Shown: positions 1-14,307 of the stretch, piece after piece
How positions within the stretch are numbered: the first letter of the stretch is position 1
Layout of the letters: the number at the start of each line of letters is the position of its first letter
Origin: Eledone cirrhosa
Taxonomy: Eukaryota
DNA length: 64,000 nucleotides
Direction: 5' to 3'
NCBI GenBank assembly: GCA_964016885.1
Contig: OZ024757.1
Coordinates: forward strand, 16,182,001 to 16,246,000
The notes under the pieces: generated by a model
Seen by the model: the letters and a program-made list of their open reading frames with translations, nothing else
Told to the model about the DNA's origin: nothing
Database searches by the model: none
Position numbers and translations under genes: made by a program

Positions 1-38
1 ATCATCTATATTAAAACTATATATATATATATATATAT

Positions 39-199
39 AAAGGAAATGAATACAAAGAGTTTAAAACCGTTAAAACATGTTTATAGAATTGTGCACCTAC
101 GTACGTTTCGCCCTCAGCGGGCTTATCAAGGGCATGGAAAGCAAAATAATGTTCAATATAGGACCCAGGAGGGAATTTACGGTTAAATTAACATCATCG

Positions 200-201
<2 letters not shown>
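39..201 (-). mobile_element. (TA)n-flanked Penelope-like pLTR fragment containing a hammerhead-like fold
   Basis: Unique 160-bp island between (TA)n tracts; carries the hammerhead motif at 93-134 on the minus strand. Confidence 0.55.
93..134 (-). ncRNA. Minimal type I hammerhead ribozyme, U3-A8 core variant
   Basis: Minus strand: gccc-TTGATAA-gccc gctga gggc-GAAA-cgtacg-TA-ggtgc; stem II 4 bp, palindromic stem III, GUA triplet. Confidence 0.6.
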
Positions 202-260
<59 letters not shown>

Positions 261-263
<3 letters not shown>

Positions 264-383
264 AAGGTCGACCATAACGCACCAGAGTACTCGATACTTA
301 GGGTAGTAGAGTGGGTAATAGGAAAAGGGTCCAGAAATAGCCGTCGAAACGGCTTGAACTGCCGTCGGGGTGATGATTCTTTT

Positions 384-385
<2 letters not shown>
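261..385. mobile_element. Family C (TA)n-embedded palindromic element (PLE pLTR-like), partial
   Basis: Shares accataacgcacc-agtactc-atacttagggtagtagagtgggtaatagg and GAAACGGC...GCCGTC with 7 other copies. Confidence 0.75.
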
Positions 386-423
<38 letters not shown>

Positions 424-1187
424 AGAGAGAGAGATACATATACACACACATATATATATATATACATACAGACACACACGTATATTATATATATATTATA
501 TATATATATATATATCAAAATAGAAAGATGTATGTGGAAACATTTAGTGTATGTATGTATGTATGTGCGGGCACGCGCATATGCATTTATGTGCGTGTTT
601 TTCTGTGTATGTGTGTGTATATGTGTGCGTGTACCTGAGTGTGTGTCACTGCAGGTCATACAGATCAATAGTATGAGCCAGTTAAGACTTTTTAATAAAT
701 CTATTCATCATGATCCTCGTGATAAATCAATACCGCATTCAATCCCCCTCCCTCTCTCTCCACGTCGCCATCACCCTCACCATTTCATCGTTGTTCCCTT
801 TTTCAGCTGATCAATCAAACACTGCCTCAATGAATTTCTTCAATATTGAACAGATTCAGACATCGTTATAATTACACACTTCATTAAACACCTGCGATCA
901 ACCACGTGACTCCTTGTTAATTATGTGCATTGATTACACTAATTAGTAACAGCAATAAATTGAATATTATAATTGTTTAGGACGATGCCATGGCTGGCTG
1001 GTTACAGAGGTTTGCTACGGAATCGTAACTCTTAAATGAGTCGCAGAGGAGCAGGTGAGAGACGTATATCTCCTGCTCTGACTATATAGATGATTCCTTC
1101 CAAAAACATTACTCTCATCATCATCATCTCCACCAGCACCACCACCGCCATCATCATTGAGAGAAAAAGAGGTAGATATTGTAGTTA

Positions 1188-2172
<985 letters not shown>

Positions 2173-2214
2173 AGTGTATACAAGAGAGAGAGGTGGGAGT
2201 GATAAAGAGATATA

Positions 2215-2382
2215 GAGGAAAAATCAACCCCAGTACTGGACAAGTACTTTTTTTTTAAACGACCTCAAAAGGAGGAAAAGTAAAATTGACATCGGAGGGT
2301 TTTGAACTCAGACCGCAGTGATCCGGACCACTACAATCTATTGTATCTAACATTCTAATAACTCTGCTAATTTGCTGCTTTC
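2215..2382 (-). mobile_element. Diverged copy of tRNA-derived SINE (family 1-related)
   Basis: ccccagtac...gacctcaaaaggaggaaaagtaaaattgac...tttgaactcag matches the SINE consensus. Confidence 0.7.
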
Positions 2383-2849
2383 AGTGGTATGGACTTCACC
2401 TGTAATTCAATGAACCAGTCTTCTTATGTATTATGCCACGCCAAAAAATTTAGTTATATTACTAAATCTTCGTAAATTCTTCCCAAAGTTGTGTTTCAAA
2501 GACCAACTTAATAATGAGCAAGTTGTACATCTAAATCTCTTCAGATTTCTCCATTATTTTCAAAAATTACTTGGAAATCGTCGGCAGTGTCTTTCATTAG
2601 AAATATGGTAATGAAAGTGTTAACGGAATGTAACGATGTTTCGAAGTAAGCTTCAGTTAAACGAAAATCAGAATCTAATTTGAAAATCCTACATGAAAGT
2701 GTTAATATTGAATCAGCTATTTGCCAAACATGCCACTGTTAGAGTTTATTTCATCAAAATCAACGTTTGTCTTTTACACAATTAAAATAATGAAATTGTT
2801 CACCATTTTCCAAGTACCTCAGCAATTTCGTCTTTTCCATATTTAAACT

Positions 2850-3773
2850 ATCTTTCTATCGCATCCTCTCACTTGCACTCATTCTCTCTCTCCCTCCCTC
2901 TCTCTTTCACTATCTTTCTCTTGTATACTCTCACTCACCACTCATTCTCAGTAACCCCCCTCTCTCTATATATATTTCACTCTTTCTATCGCATCCTCTC
3001 ACTTGTCACTCATTCTCTCCCCCCCCCCTCTCTTTCTCTCGTATACTCTCACTCACCACTCATTCTCAGTATCTCCCTCCCCCTCTATCTTTCACTCTCT
3101 TTCTATCGCATCCTCTCACTCACCACCCATCTCCAAACATCTCTATCTATCTTTCTCAAGCACCCACTCACTCTCTATATATCGTTCACTCTCTCTCTTT
3201 AAACATCTCTCTCTATATATATTTCACTATCTTTCTCTCACATCCTCTCACTCACTACACATGCTCTATAGATCTTTCTCTCTCTCTCTCTCTCTGAACG
3301 TCTTTCTCTCACTCTTTCTACATCACTTTCACTATCATCCTCTAGCATCTTCTAATTACCTCTCTCTCTTTCTATCTATCTTTCTATCTCATACATCCAC
3401 TCTCTCTCTCTGTGAACATCTCCCTACATCTCTCACTCGCATCCTGTCACTCACCCCCTCTCTCTCTCTCTGAACATCTCCCTACATCTCTCACTACGTT
3501 TCTCTCGCATCCTGTCACTCACCTCTCTCTCTCTCTCTCTCTCTGAACATCTCTCTACAACCTTTCTCTCGCATCCTGCCACTCACCTCTCTCTCTCTCT
3601 CTCTGAACATCTCCCTACATCTCTCACTACCTTTCTCTCGCATCCTGCCACTCACCTCTCTCTCTCTCTCTAAACATCTCTCATTACCTTTCTCTCGATT
3701 CCTTTCACTCACCCCTCTCTCTTCCTTTCTCTCTATCAATCTGACGATCTCTTTCTCACGCAACCACTCTATA

Positions 3774-3845
<72 letters not shown>

Positions 3846-3850
3846 TCTCT
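2850..3850. repeat. CT-rich degenerate minisatellite and (CT)n
   Basis: Repeated tcgcatcctctcactc / tctgaacatctc motifs and a (CT)n tract. Confidence 0.85.
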
Positions 3851-3889
3851 CGCCATCCTTTCCCACGACATCATCAATATTTTCATCAA

Positions 3890-5375
3890 TCTCATCACCA
3901 TTATCGTGGACATCATCATCATCATCATCACTATCACAACTACCATCGACATCGTCATCACTTCCATCGACATTATCATCGACATCATCACCACCACCAC
4001 TACCATCAACACTACCACCACCACAACTACCACCATAACCATCAACACCACCATCACCATTATCACCACCACCATCAACATCACCATTATCACCACAACC
4101 ACCACCATCAACACCACCACTACCATTAACACCACCTTCACCATTATCACCACCACCACTACCAACACCACCACCACTACCATCAACACCACCACCACAA
4201 CTACCATCACTACCGTCAACACCACCACCATCATCACCAACACCACCGTTACCATCAACACCACCACCACCACAACTACCACCACTACCATCAACACCAC
4301 CTTCACCATTATCACCACCACCACTACCATCAACACCACCACCACCACCATCAACACCACCACAACTACCACCACTACTATCAACACCACCACCATCATC
4401 ATCGCCACAACCACTACCACCACCACCACTACCATCACCACTACCATCATCGCCACGATCACTACCATCTACACCACTACCACTACCTTCAACACCACTA
4501 CCATCAACATCACCACCACAACTACCACCACTACCATCAACACCACCACCACTACCATCATCGCCACGATCACTACCATCAACACCACTACCACTACCTT
4601 CAACACCACTACCATCAACACCACCACCACAACTACCACCACTACCATCAACACCACCACCACTACCATCATCGCCACGATCACTACCATCTACACCACT
4701 ACCACTACCTTCAACACCACTACCATCAACACCACCACCACAACTACCACCACTACCATCAACACCACCACCACTACCATCATCGCCACGATCACTACCA
4801 TCTACACCACTACCACTACCTTCAACACCACTACCATCAACACCACCACCACAACTACCACCACTACCATCAACACCACCACCACCACAACTACCACCAC
4901 TACCATCAACACCACCACCACTACCATCACCACTACCACTACCATCATCGCCACGATCACTACCATCAACACCACTACCATCAACACCACCACCACAACT
5001 ACCACCACTACCATCAACACCACCACCACTACTATCACCACTACCACTACCATTCTCACCAAAACCATTGACATCGTCACCACCTCCATCATCATCAGGA
5101 CTACCTCAATTATTTACGATCACCAACGTCAACACCAACACCGCCACCACCACCACCACCACTACCACCACAAACAACACAATCACCACCACCATCAACG
5201 ACACCAATAACATCACTGCCACCACTACCATCACCATCATCACTATCATGAGTACGGCAATTATTCATGATCAACGCCACCATCACCACCACTACTACCA
5301 TCACCACCAACGTCACCAACACCACCATTGACGTCACCACAACCACCACCATTATCATCATCATCATCATCATCA
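3890..5375. repeat. (CAC/ACT/CAT)n compound trinucleotide satellite
   Basis: Directly visible; gives spurious poly-Thr and poly-Val ORFs. Confidence 0.95.
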
Positions 5376-5479
5376 GAAATAAAATCAGCAGCAGCTGCTG
5401 TTTTTATAATCTCCCAGAATTTGTCAGGTTGATAAATGATCAACTCCACCATCTTTAACACAGACGGATTCTAAGGAAG

Positions 5480-6029
5480 ACACACACACAAACATATATA
5501 TACATACATGCATATATTTATATATACACATATATATATATTTATATATACACACGCACACATATATATATACATGCATATATAATTTATATATATATTT
5601 ATATATAAACACATATATATATATTTATATATACACACGCACACATATGTATATATACATGCATATATAATTTATATATATATTTATATATACACATATA
5701 TATTTATATATACACACGCACACATATGTATATATACATATTTATATATACACATGTATATATATTTTTATATATACACACGCACACATATGTATATATA
5801 CATGCATATATAATTTATATATATATTTATATATACACATATATATATATTTATATATACACACGCACATACATATATACATCTAAAAACATACATATAT
5901 ACACACACATACATAGCCACACCTATGTGTTGGTCTATATACATCAAGGAACCGTTAACAATTTCTTGAATTATTTTTGCACTCATCCATGTATCTCTCT
6001 CTCTATATACATATATATATATGTATCTC

Positions 6030-6093
<64 letters not shown>

Positions 6094-6302
6094 CATCTCT
6101 CTCTCTCCCTCTCTATTATTTGCCTATTGTGGTTTATATTTGTTATGTTTGTTTCAGGGATAAATGCCTTAGCTGATATAAATCATTCTTTTTTATGTAT
6201 ATAGCGCTATGTACACATATATATATGTACACACACACACACACACACATATATGTACACACACACACACACATATATGTACACACACACACACATATAT
6301 GT

Positions 6303-6360
<58 letters not shown>

Positions 6361-6769
6361 TACATATATACAAACATATCCATATATATATATATATACA
6401 GGATACATATATACAAACATATCCATATATATATATATATATATACAGGATACATATATACAAACATATCCATATATATATATAGAGAGAGAGAGTATAT
6501 ATATATATACAAACATATCCATACATATATATATATATAGAGAGAGAGTATATATATATACAAACATATCCATACATATATATATATATACATACATACA
6601 TGATATATACATATCCATACATATACATACATACATACATACATACATACATACATACATACATGATATATACATATCCATACATATATATATATACATA
6701 CATACATACATGATATATACATACATATCCATACATATCCATACATATATATATACATACATACATATA

Positions 6770-6805
<36 letters not shown>

Positions 6806-6806
6806 C

Positions 6807-6845
<39 letters not shown>

Positions 6846-7016
6846 CATGATATATACATACATATCCATACATGATATATACATACATATCCATACATGA
6901 TATATACATACATATCCATACATGATATATACATACATATCCATACATGATATATACATACATATCCATACATGATATATACATACATATCCATACATGA
7001 TATATACATACATATC

Positions 7017-7054
<38 letters not shown>

Positions 7055-7834
7055 CATACATATATATATATACATACATACATATATATATATACATACA
7101 TACATATATATATATACATACATACATATATATATATACATACATACATATATATATATATACATACATACATATACATACATACATATATATATATACA
7201 TACATACATATATATATATACATACTTACATATATATATATACATACATATATATATATACATACATACATACATATATATGGTGGCTGCCAACTCGTTT
7301 TCGAGTACGGTCACTACTTTATATCCATGTAGGAGAACCCCTACTGATGCGCTAAACGAGTGTGACGTTTTAGTCCAGCCAGCGACTTGAAAACTCTGGT
7401 ACGAACACTACACTTGTGACAATTATTGACACACAGTGCTGGGCCCATGGTACCCTGTGATGACAAGTTCAGAGAGATCTCCAGATATAAAGCAATGCCT
7501 GTGCCGTGAAGCTTTTATAGTGAGCAAAGGCACTGCACAAAGCCAGTCACACACATATATATACACATATATATACATATATATGTACACACATATATAC
7601 ATATATATGTACACACATATATATACATATATATGTACACACATATATATACATATATATGTACACACATATATATACATATATATGTACACACATATAT
7701 ATACATATATATGTACACACATATTTACATATATATGTACACATATATACATATCTATGTACACACATATATACATATATATGTACACATATATATATAC
7801 ATACATATACATACATATACATACATACATACAT

Positions 7835-7883
<49 letters not shown>

Positions 7884-8260
7884 CATACATATATATATAC
7901 ATACATACATATACATACATATATATATACATACATACATATATATACATACATACATATATATACATACATACATACATATACATACATACATACATAT
8001 ACATACATACATACATATACATACATACATACATATACATACATACACATACATACATACACATACATACATACATACACATACATACATACATACATAT
8101 ATATACATACATACATACATGATATATACATACACATACATACATACATACATACATACATACATACATACATACATACAGACATACATACATACATACA
8201 TACATACATACAAACATATATATACGCATGCGTGTTTATGAATATATATATACATATATA
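5480..8260. repeat. (TA)n/(TACA)n compound microsatellite fields
   Basis: Directly visible; interrupted by an element at 7281-7550. Confidence 0.9.
7281..7550. mobile_element. Unclassified interspersed element, inverted copy of 29404-29675
   Basis: Near-identical to the reverse complement of 29404-29675 (both give the ORF ...[22 protein letters not shown]...); flanked by (TA)n. Confidence 0.8.
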
Positions 8261-8808
8261 TTGAGAGAGAGAGTTAAGATAAATGTGTGATCGCCTCAGC
8301 TAAATAATTTAAATGCAACACTGTGTGCTGTATTTTACTAACATCTCCATATTTTCTATGTATCATTTTCTTTTTATATGTAAGCCAATCCCATTTTATT
8401 GACACGCCATTACAACCCATCCTACACATTAAACTGAGTGACAAATGTAGAAAAAAACTTTCGTACATTAATCACCAAAAACATCCCATGTATATAAACC
8501 ACTATACTATTTAATAAAGACAACACAATAATTAGCTTCACAAGGAACTAAAAATACAACATTGGAGCCATTTGTAAAGTCATATATCTAGCGATTGGTA
8601 GCAAAATGACAGAGTCGCTAAAATATCGGATAGAATGTTTTGTGGTATTTGTTCCAGCTCAGCTCTTTGCTCTCTTAGTTCAAATCTGTACAGGTGAAAT
8701 TCACCTTTCATCCATTTAAGGTTGATAAAAAGAATAGTACCAGTTTAGTACTGGGGTCGATTTCTTTTCTATATTTCTTTCTTACATTTCATTATTTCAC
8801 TGTATAAA

Positions 8809-8999
8809 GGGTGGTGGCTTGGCAGTATCGGTAGAGGGTCGGACGCCATGCTTTCCAGCATAGTTACGTCCCTTTGCGGTCTGAGTTCAAATCCCACCGA
8901 GGTTAACTTTGCCTTTCATCCTTACGGGGTCGATAAAATAAAGTACCAGTAATGCACTGGGTAATTGATGGCCTTGTGCCAAAAGTAGAAACAATTATT
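8809..8999 (+). mobile_element. Young tRNA-derived SINE family 1, full length, with TSD
   Basis: A box TGGCAGTATCGG, B box GAGTTCAAATCC, central GCCTTTCATCCTTACGGGGTCGATAAAATAAAGTACC, tail gtagaaacaattatt; TSD attatttcactgtat on both sides; older copy at 8593-8762. Confidence 0.9.
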
Positions 9000-9571
9000 T
9001 CACTGTATCCTTCTTTGGAGGAAATCTGCTGTATTCAAGAGATGGTCCCGCACGGTTTTAAAAAGAATACCCCATAAACGCCGCACGACACACTCAAGAG
9101 TTATGGGTCCATAACAGGCTCATAATCAGATGCAAATGCAAACTGTTTAAAGAAACAATATTGCAATAGAAACAAACCAGCAAAGAACTACATTTTCGCA
9201 ACGATCTTTTCAAAACCAAATCCATCCAAAATACATATATTTTGCCACATGTAAGGAATATAGGTAATACCTCTATCGAGGGACTGAAGATGAATTCTTT
9301 TTTTTATATACGCAGAGCTTAAACTCCGAGGCATAAAAAGCTGAGGGCTGTCGTTGTATTTTCTGTGGCAAACATTTGCACCGAAGATATGTGTCGTCAG
9401 TTCCCAAAAGTGTGGTTGGTCCTACACAAGCCTTCAGCACTTAAAACAAAACTTTGTGTGGGTAGTTCAGCATCAATTCACTTTCTCACATTTAACTTTT
9501 GTTGGACACTCATACGTCGAATATCGACGGGAGAGTCCATGATATATACATATATATATTTTATATATATA

Positions 9572-9609
<38 letters not shown>

Positions 9610-10402
9610 TTTCGAGATATGCCCCTTGTGCACTGGAGACAAATATAACATATTTTCGCAACAAATATTGCTTGCTCAACAGATGACGCCATGAGGCAGA
9701 CAACCACTACTATTATTTCATTTTAGACATCTTCCGAACTGTGAAATGGGCAAACATTAGATTATTCAAGAGCAGCGGAAACTACACTTGGAGGCCCAAT
9801 ACTCTCAACGCACACAGAACAACAACAATAACAACAGTAATAACAATAATGATTATTTCTTGATTAACAACAATAATAATGATAAATTCTACGAAGGAAA
9901 TAGAATGACGATCAGAGTCTTGAAATATATAATATAAATAGCCGGCAAGTGCATATTATGAACATCTTTAGTGATATAACATAGTAGAGATCAGGACTGC
10001 TCTTGTAAAACAGGATATAAATGATGTGACCAACTGCTGACCGTTCCCATGAATAAGCGAATAAACAGTTCAAGTAAAACAGGACACACTTTAACTAAAG
10101 TGGACGTGATCACGCAATAGACAAATGAATACAAAAAGACTACTGATCTGACCAATAAGAAAATCTATATAGATGAACCATTTCATAAAAATAACTTCAA
10201 GATCAAAGGATCTGGAAAACAGTTATGTATTAGAATAGAAGTCTGTGTACTGATGTGAACATATGCAGCAATGCTAATAAGGACTAATAAAATACGGAGA
10301 AATATGTTGGGCTTAATGGGTGACTGTTGAAAACACTTTTGTTTTAAAGAGAAATTTTATGCAGTAACTGTTCAAAGTAACCGCAGCTCAGAATGTAACA
10401 TC

Positions 10403-10480
10403 TACGAGGGTCGGCTGAAATGTTTATAGGTTGCTAGCGCTGTGAAATCTTGCATGCGTAAATTTCAACTCATTGTTAAT
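10403..10480 (+). mobile_element. Mariner-derived MITE, 5' fragment
   Basis: TACGAGGGTCGGCTGAAA TIR followed by gctgtgaaatcttgcatgc. Confidence 0.75.
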
Positions 10481-10693
10481 GGTTCAAGTGTCTGGAAAAT
10501 ATTCAGCCATTGGCACGTTAATGTGTATATATCTATGTATGTGTGAACGTGTGTGTGTATGTGTGTGTGTCTGTGTTCATGTGTATAGTATGTGTGCGTG
10601 CATGTGTGTATATATATATATATGCGCATGTGTGTTTGTATATATATATATATATGTGTGTGCGTTAGTGTGTATGTGTGCATATATGTGTGT

Positions 10694-10735
<42 letters not shown>

Positions 10736-11406
10736 GCGTGTCTGTGTGCTCATGTGTAGATGTGTGCTTGTCTGTGTTCATATATGTGTATATGTGTATC
10801 CATGTGTGTAATGTGTATATATGGATAAGTATGTGTGCGTGTATATGTATCTTCATATGTGTATCTATATCTAAGTACGTACGTATGTATGTAGATAATC
10901 ACAAAACAGTACAGTACAGTACATCACCTTCCACCATCTTAAATTAATTAGAGCTTCAAACAACTGGACCAATTGTCATCGAAACCGACTAAGATTCCTT
11001 CCATTGACGTTTGTTTTAGAAATAATCTACGTGAAAGCGTGTGTTGAAACCGATATTTCGCTAATTAAGATCACACGCAATGTTTATAGTTTATGTATCT
11101 TCCATCTTGTGTACAAATGTTTCAGTCAGATGTGTTTTTCATTACTCTGTCAATTTAATATACAAAGGAAAGAAAACCATTTGGCGATTGATGGATAATC
11201 GATCGGGTCGCTGTAATGTGATGGAATATTTAATATTTCTGACAAAACTCATAAAAATGTGATAAAACACTAAACTAACTGTAAACAGTTGACTACCACT
11301 GTTGCGTGTGGTTTTAATTGGCAAAATGACCCTGCAATTTACAACACCGAAATAGTCTTGTTTATAACCATAAGTATGTAAGTATATAAACAAGACATGT
11401 ATATGT

Positions 11407-11448
<42 letters not shown>

Positions 11449-11633
11449 GTCTGTATGTATGTCTATATATACTATATATATATATAAGTGAACATATACA
11501 TACATAGTCAAATATATATAGAGAGAGAGAGAATGAGAGAGATGCACATATATAGATATACATGCACGTATTTATACATACATACATATATACATACATA
11601 TATACCTACACTTGCTTTGATTCTAATATTGTC

Positions 11634-12018
11634 TTGTTTCTACTTTAGGCACAAGGCCAGCAATTACCCAGTGCATTACTGGTACTTTATTTTATCGACC
11701 CCGTAAGGATGAAAGGCAAAGTCAACCTCAGCGGAATTTGAACTCAAATCGTAAAGGGACGTAACTATGCTGGAAAGCATGGCATCCGACCCTCTACCGA
11801 TACTGCCAATCCACCGCCCTTGAAGATATATTAATAATTGTTTCTACTTTAGGCACAAGGCCAGCAATTACCAGTGCATTACTGGTACTTTATTTTATCG
11901 ACCCCGTAAGGATGAAAGGCAAAGTCAACCTCGGCGGGATTTGAACTCAGATGGTAAAGGGACGTAACTATGCTGGAAAGCATGGCGTCCGACCCTCTAC
12001 CGATACTGCCAATCCACC
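11634..12018 (-). mobile_element. Two tandem SINE family 1 copies
   Basis: Two near-identical reverse-complement copies (11634-11820, 11833-12018); gaagatatattaataat repeated around the second. Confidence 0.9.
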
Positions 12019-12329
12019 TAGAAGTATATTAATAATAGAAGATATATTAATAATACCGTGTGTAATATCGGCACATATCTCTATGGGCATTGTTCAGTAA
12101 CAAACTAATATAAAACTTCATATCTTATTATCTGGACATGAAGAGAAATGATAACTAACTCTCTAAACGACTTAAATTCGGTCTCAATATCTTATTCACT
12201 ATTAGTTTACCAAACGATACACTGTTAAGTTTGTGTGATACGGCATACGTACATCAATAGTTATTCCTACGCTATCGTATTAAGAAAACATTATTTCATA
12301 TGATAAAATAGAAAGATTGTTCGTTGAAA

Positions 12330-12590
12330 TATTGGTTTCTGATTTAGGCACAAGGTCAGCAATTTTGGGGAAGAGGAAAGTCGATTAAATCGACCCCAGT
12401 ATGTTACTGGTACTTTATTTTATCGACTTCGTAAGGATGAAAGACAAGGCAAGGCAAGGCAAGGCAAGGCAAGGCAAGGCAAGGCATGGCAAGGCAAGGC
12501 AAAGCTAATCTCGGCAGGATTTGAACTCAGAACGTAAAGGGCTATAAAATATGGTGTCCGACGCTCTACCGATTCTGCCAATCCACCTCC
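12330..12590 (-). mobile_element. SINE family 1 long variant with internal (AAGGC)n expansion
   Basis: Consensus gaaaggcaaag is expanded into an (aaggc)n run at about 12446-12500. Confidence 0.85.
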
Positions 12591-12926
12591 TTTGTTTATT
12601 GAAATATCTCCCATAGGCGTGGCTATATGGTTAAAGTGTTCGCTTTACAATCATGCAGTTCCGTGCCTGGTCGTTCCCACTGTCTAACCTATTGAGCCAA
12701 TGTTTATTACGAAAGCCACAAACAGTTAAACAATGCTATGTGGATGTAGTTTGGTAGAAGGAAACACTTGTTTTTATTGTTGGCATTTTATATAGCGTGT
12801 TGACGTTGTTATTGTTGTGTACTTGTTATTGCTGTTGTCAGTGGACTTGTTATTGCTGTTGTCAGTGGACTTGTTATTGCTGTTGTCAGTGCAGTTATTT
12901 TCGCTGCTGCTGTTATTATTGCTGTT

Positions 12927-13110
12927 GATTGGCAGTATCGGTAGAGAGTCGGACGCCATGCTTTGAAGCATAGAGTTCCGTCCCTTTAAGATCTGAGTTC
13001 AAATCCCGCCGAGGTTAACTTTGCCTTTCATCCTTACGGGGTCGATAAAATAAAGTACCAGTAATGTACTGGGTAATTGCTGGCCTTGTGCCAAAAGTAA
13101 AAACAATTAT
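12927..13110 (+). mobile_element. SINE family 1 copy
   Basis: Full consensus match. Confidence 0.9.
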
Positions 13111-13304
13111 TGCTGTTGTTGCTGCTGCTGTTAGTATAGTTTTTTTTTTGTTTAATTTGTTTATGTAGTTGTTTTTGGTGTTGTTGAAATAACAGAAATT
13201 AATTTTAAAATGTGTGGTGCCCTAGCATGGCCGCAGTCTAATGACTGAAACGTTTTAAAATAGTGTGGTGCCCTGGTGTGGCTGCAATCTAATTTTTCGC
13301 CCAC

Positions 13305-13952
13305 TTATTCCTGAGATAACCGTGGCGACAGAGTCCTGAAACACCTCTTCCAGTAGGTCCTGTCAAAACCAACCGTTTCTAATTGATCCGGCTGGATCCC
13401 CAAGCAAGACCAACCAAGCTCACGGACGTTATCCGGGGTCTCCTACAGGTTGGTTTTACCCGTAAAATCTGTCCAGCGATTCTTTCCTAAGAGATTCTAA
13501 CCACATGGCCATAGTATCTGAACTATGATCTCTCAATTCGAAGACGTAGCAGCTCTAACTGGAGTGACTCTCTAATCTCCGAGCTACGTCCTCTATCAAG
13601 TAACGTTACTCCAAAGACCCTTCGGAGGGATCCCATTTCAGCCGCTTGTATTCGCCATCGTATTCTTTCGGCCATTACCCAAGATGCATGACCATATATA
13701 AAGATTGGCACGAATATAGAATCGAAGATAGCAAGTTTGGCTTTTATCCCTACCTCCCTTCTGCTGCTACCAAATGCCGAAGCTGGCGCCAGCTCCTGCA
13801 GTTCTTGCGCTTAATTCAGCTTCCTGTCTCCCAAAACTCGTGAATACGGCCCCGATATATTTGATCTTTTCCGCCTGCTTCAGTGGAACTCCATTCACAT
13901 GTAAAGTGAACTGCGCAGGCTTCCTTTAGACGACGAATGTCTCAGTTTTCAT
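13305..13952 (-). pseudogene. RTE-clade LINE 3' fragment (end of RT and C-terminal region), degraded
   Basis: Translates LKQAEKIKYIG ... PIFIYGHASWVMAERIRWRIQAAEMGSLRRVFGVTLLDRGRSSEIRESL...LRIERS*FRYYGHVVR, typical of RTE/Expander-like ORFs; stops and frameshifts. Confidence 0.85.
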
Positions 13953-14001
13953 CCCAGTAATGCAGCTCTAACGACTGAAACCAGTAAACATAGTGTGATG
14001 A

Positions 14002-14200
14002 CCTAGCATGGCCGCAGACTAATGACTTGAAACCAGTACATGAAATGTGCTGTGCCCCAGCATGGCCGCAGACTAATGACTTGAAACCAGTACATGAAAT
14101 GTGCTGTGCCCCAGCATGGCCGCAGACTAATGACTTGAAACCAGTACATGAAATGTGCTGTGCCCCAGCATGGCCGCAGACTAATGACTTGAAACCAGTA
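14002..14200. repeat. 54-bp tandem repeat (about 3.7 copies)
   Basis: Unit cccagcatggccgcagactaatgacttgaaaccagtacatgaaatgtgctgtgc; related single copies at 13213-13290 and 50652-50780. Confidence 0.9.
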
Positions 14201-14307
14201 AAAGAATCTTATGATAGATTTACAGCAAGTATTTTCATGACTACAAACAACAGATGCCGTTATGGAATGTCGAAACACCAGGAGACAAGAAATATATATA
14301 AATTATA

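Noticed and set aside
3906-5210. 434-aa Thr-rich mucin-like ORF (and similar Pro/Thr, Val/Ser ORFs at 14241-15656 and 23738-24484)
   Set aside because: Trinucleotide microsatellite open in several frames and on both strands; no signal peptide, domain or splice context
7451-7472. TACCCTGT miR-10 family-like start
   Set aside because: Rest does not match, no hairpin, lies in a repeat whose second copy differs at this site
6143-8264. Long YI/CM/HT-repeat ORFs
   Set aside because: Translations of (TA)n/(TACA)n microsatellites
9860-10320. Possible very old R4/Dong remnant
   Set aside because: Too degraded to recover a convincing peptide motif by eye
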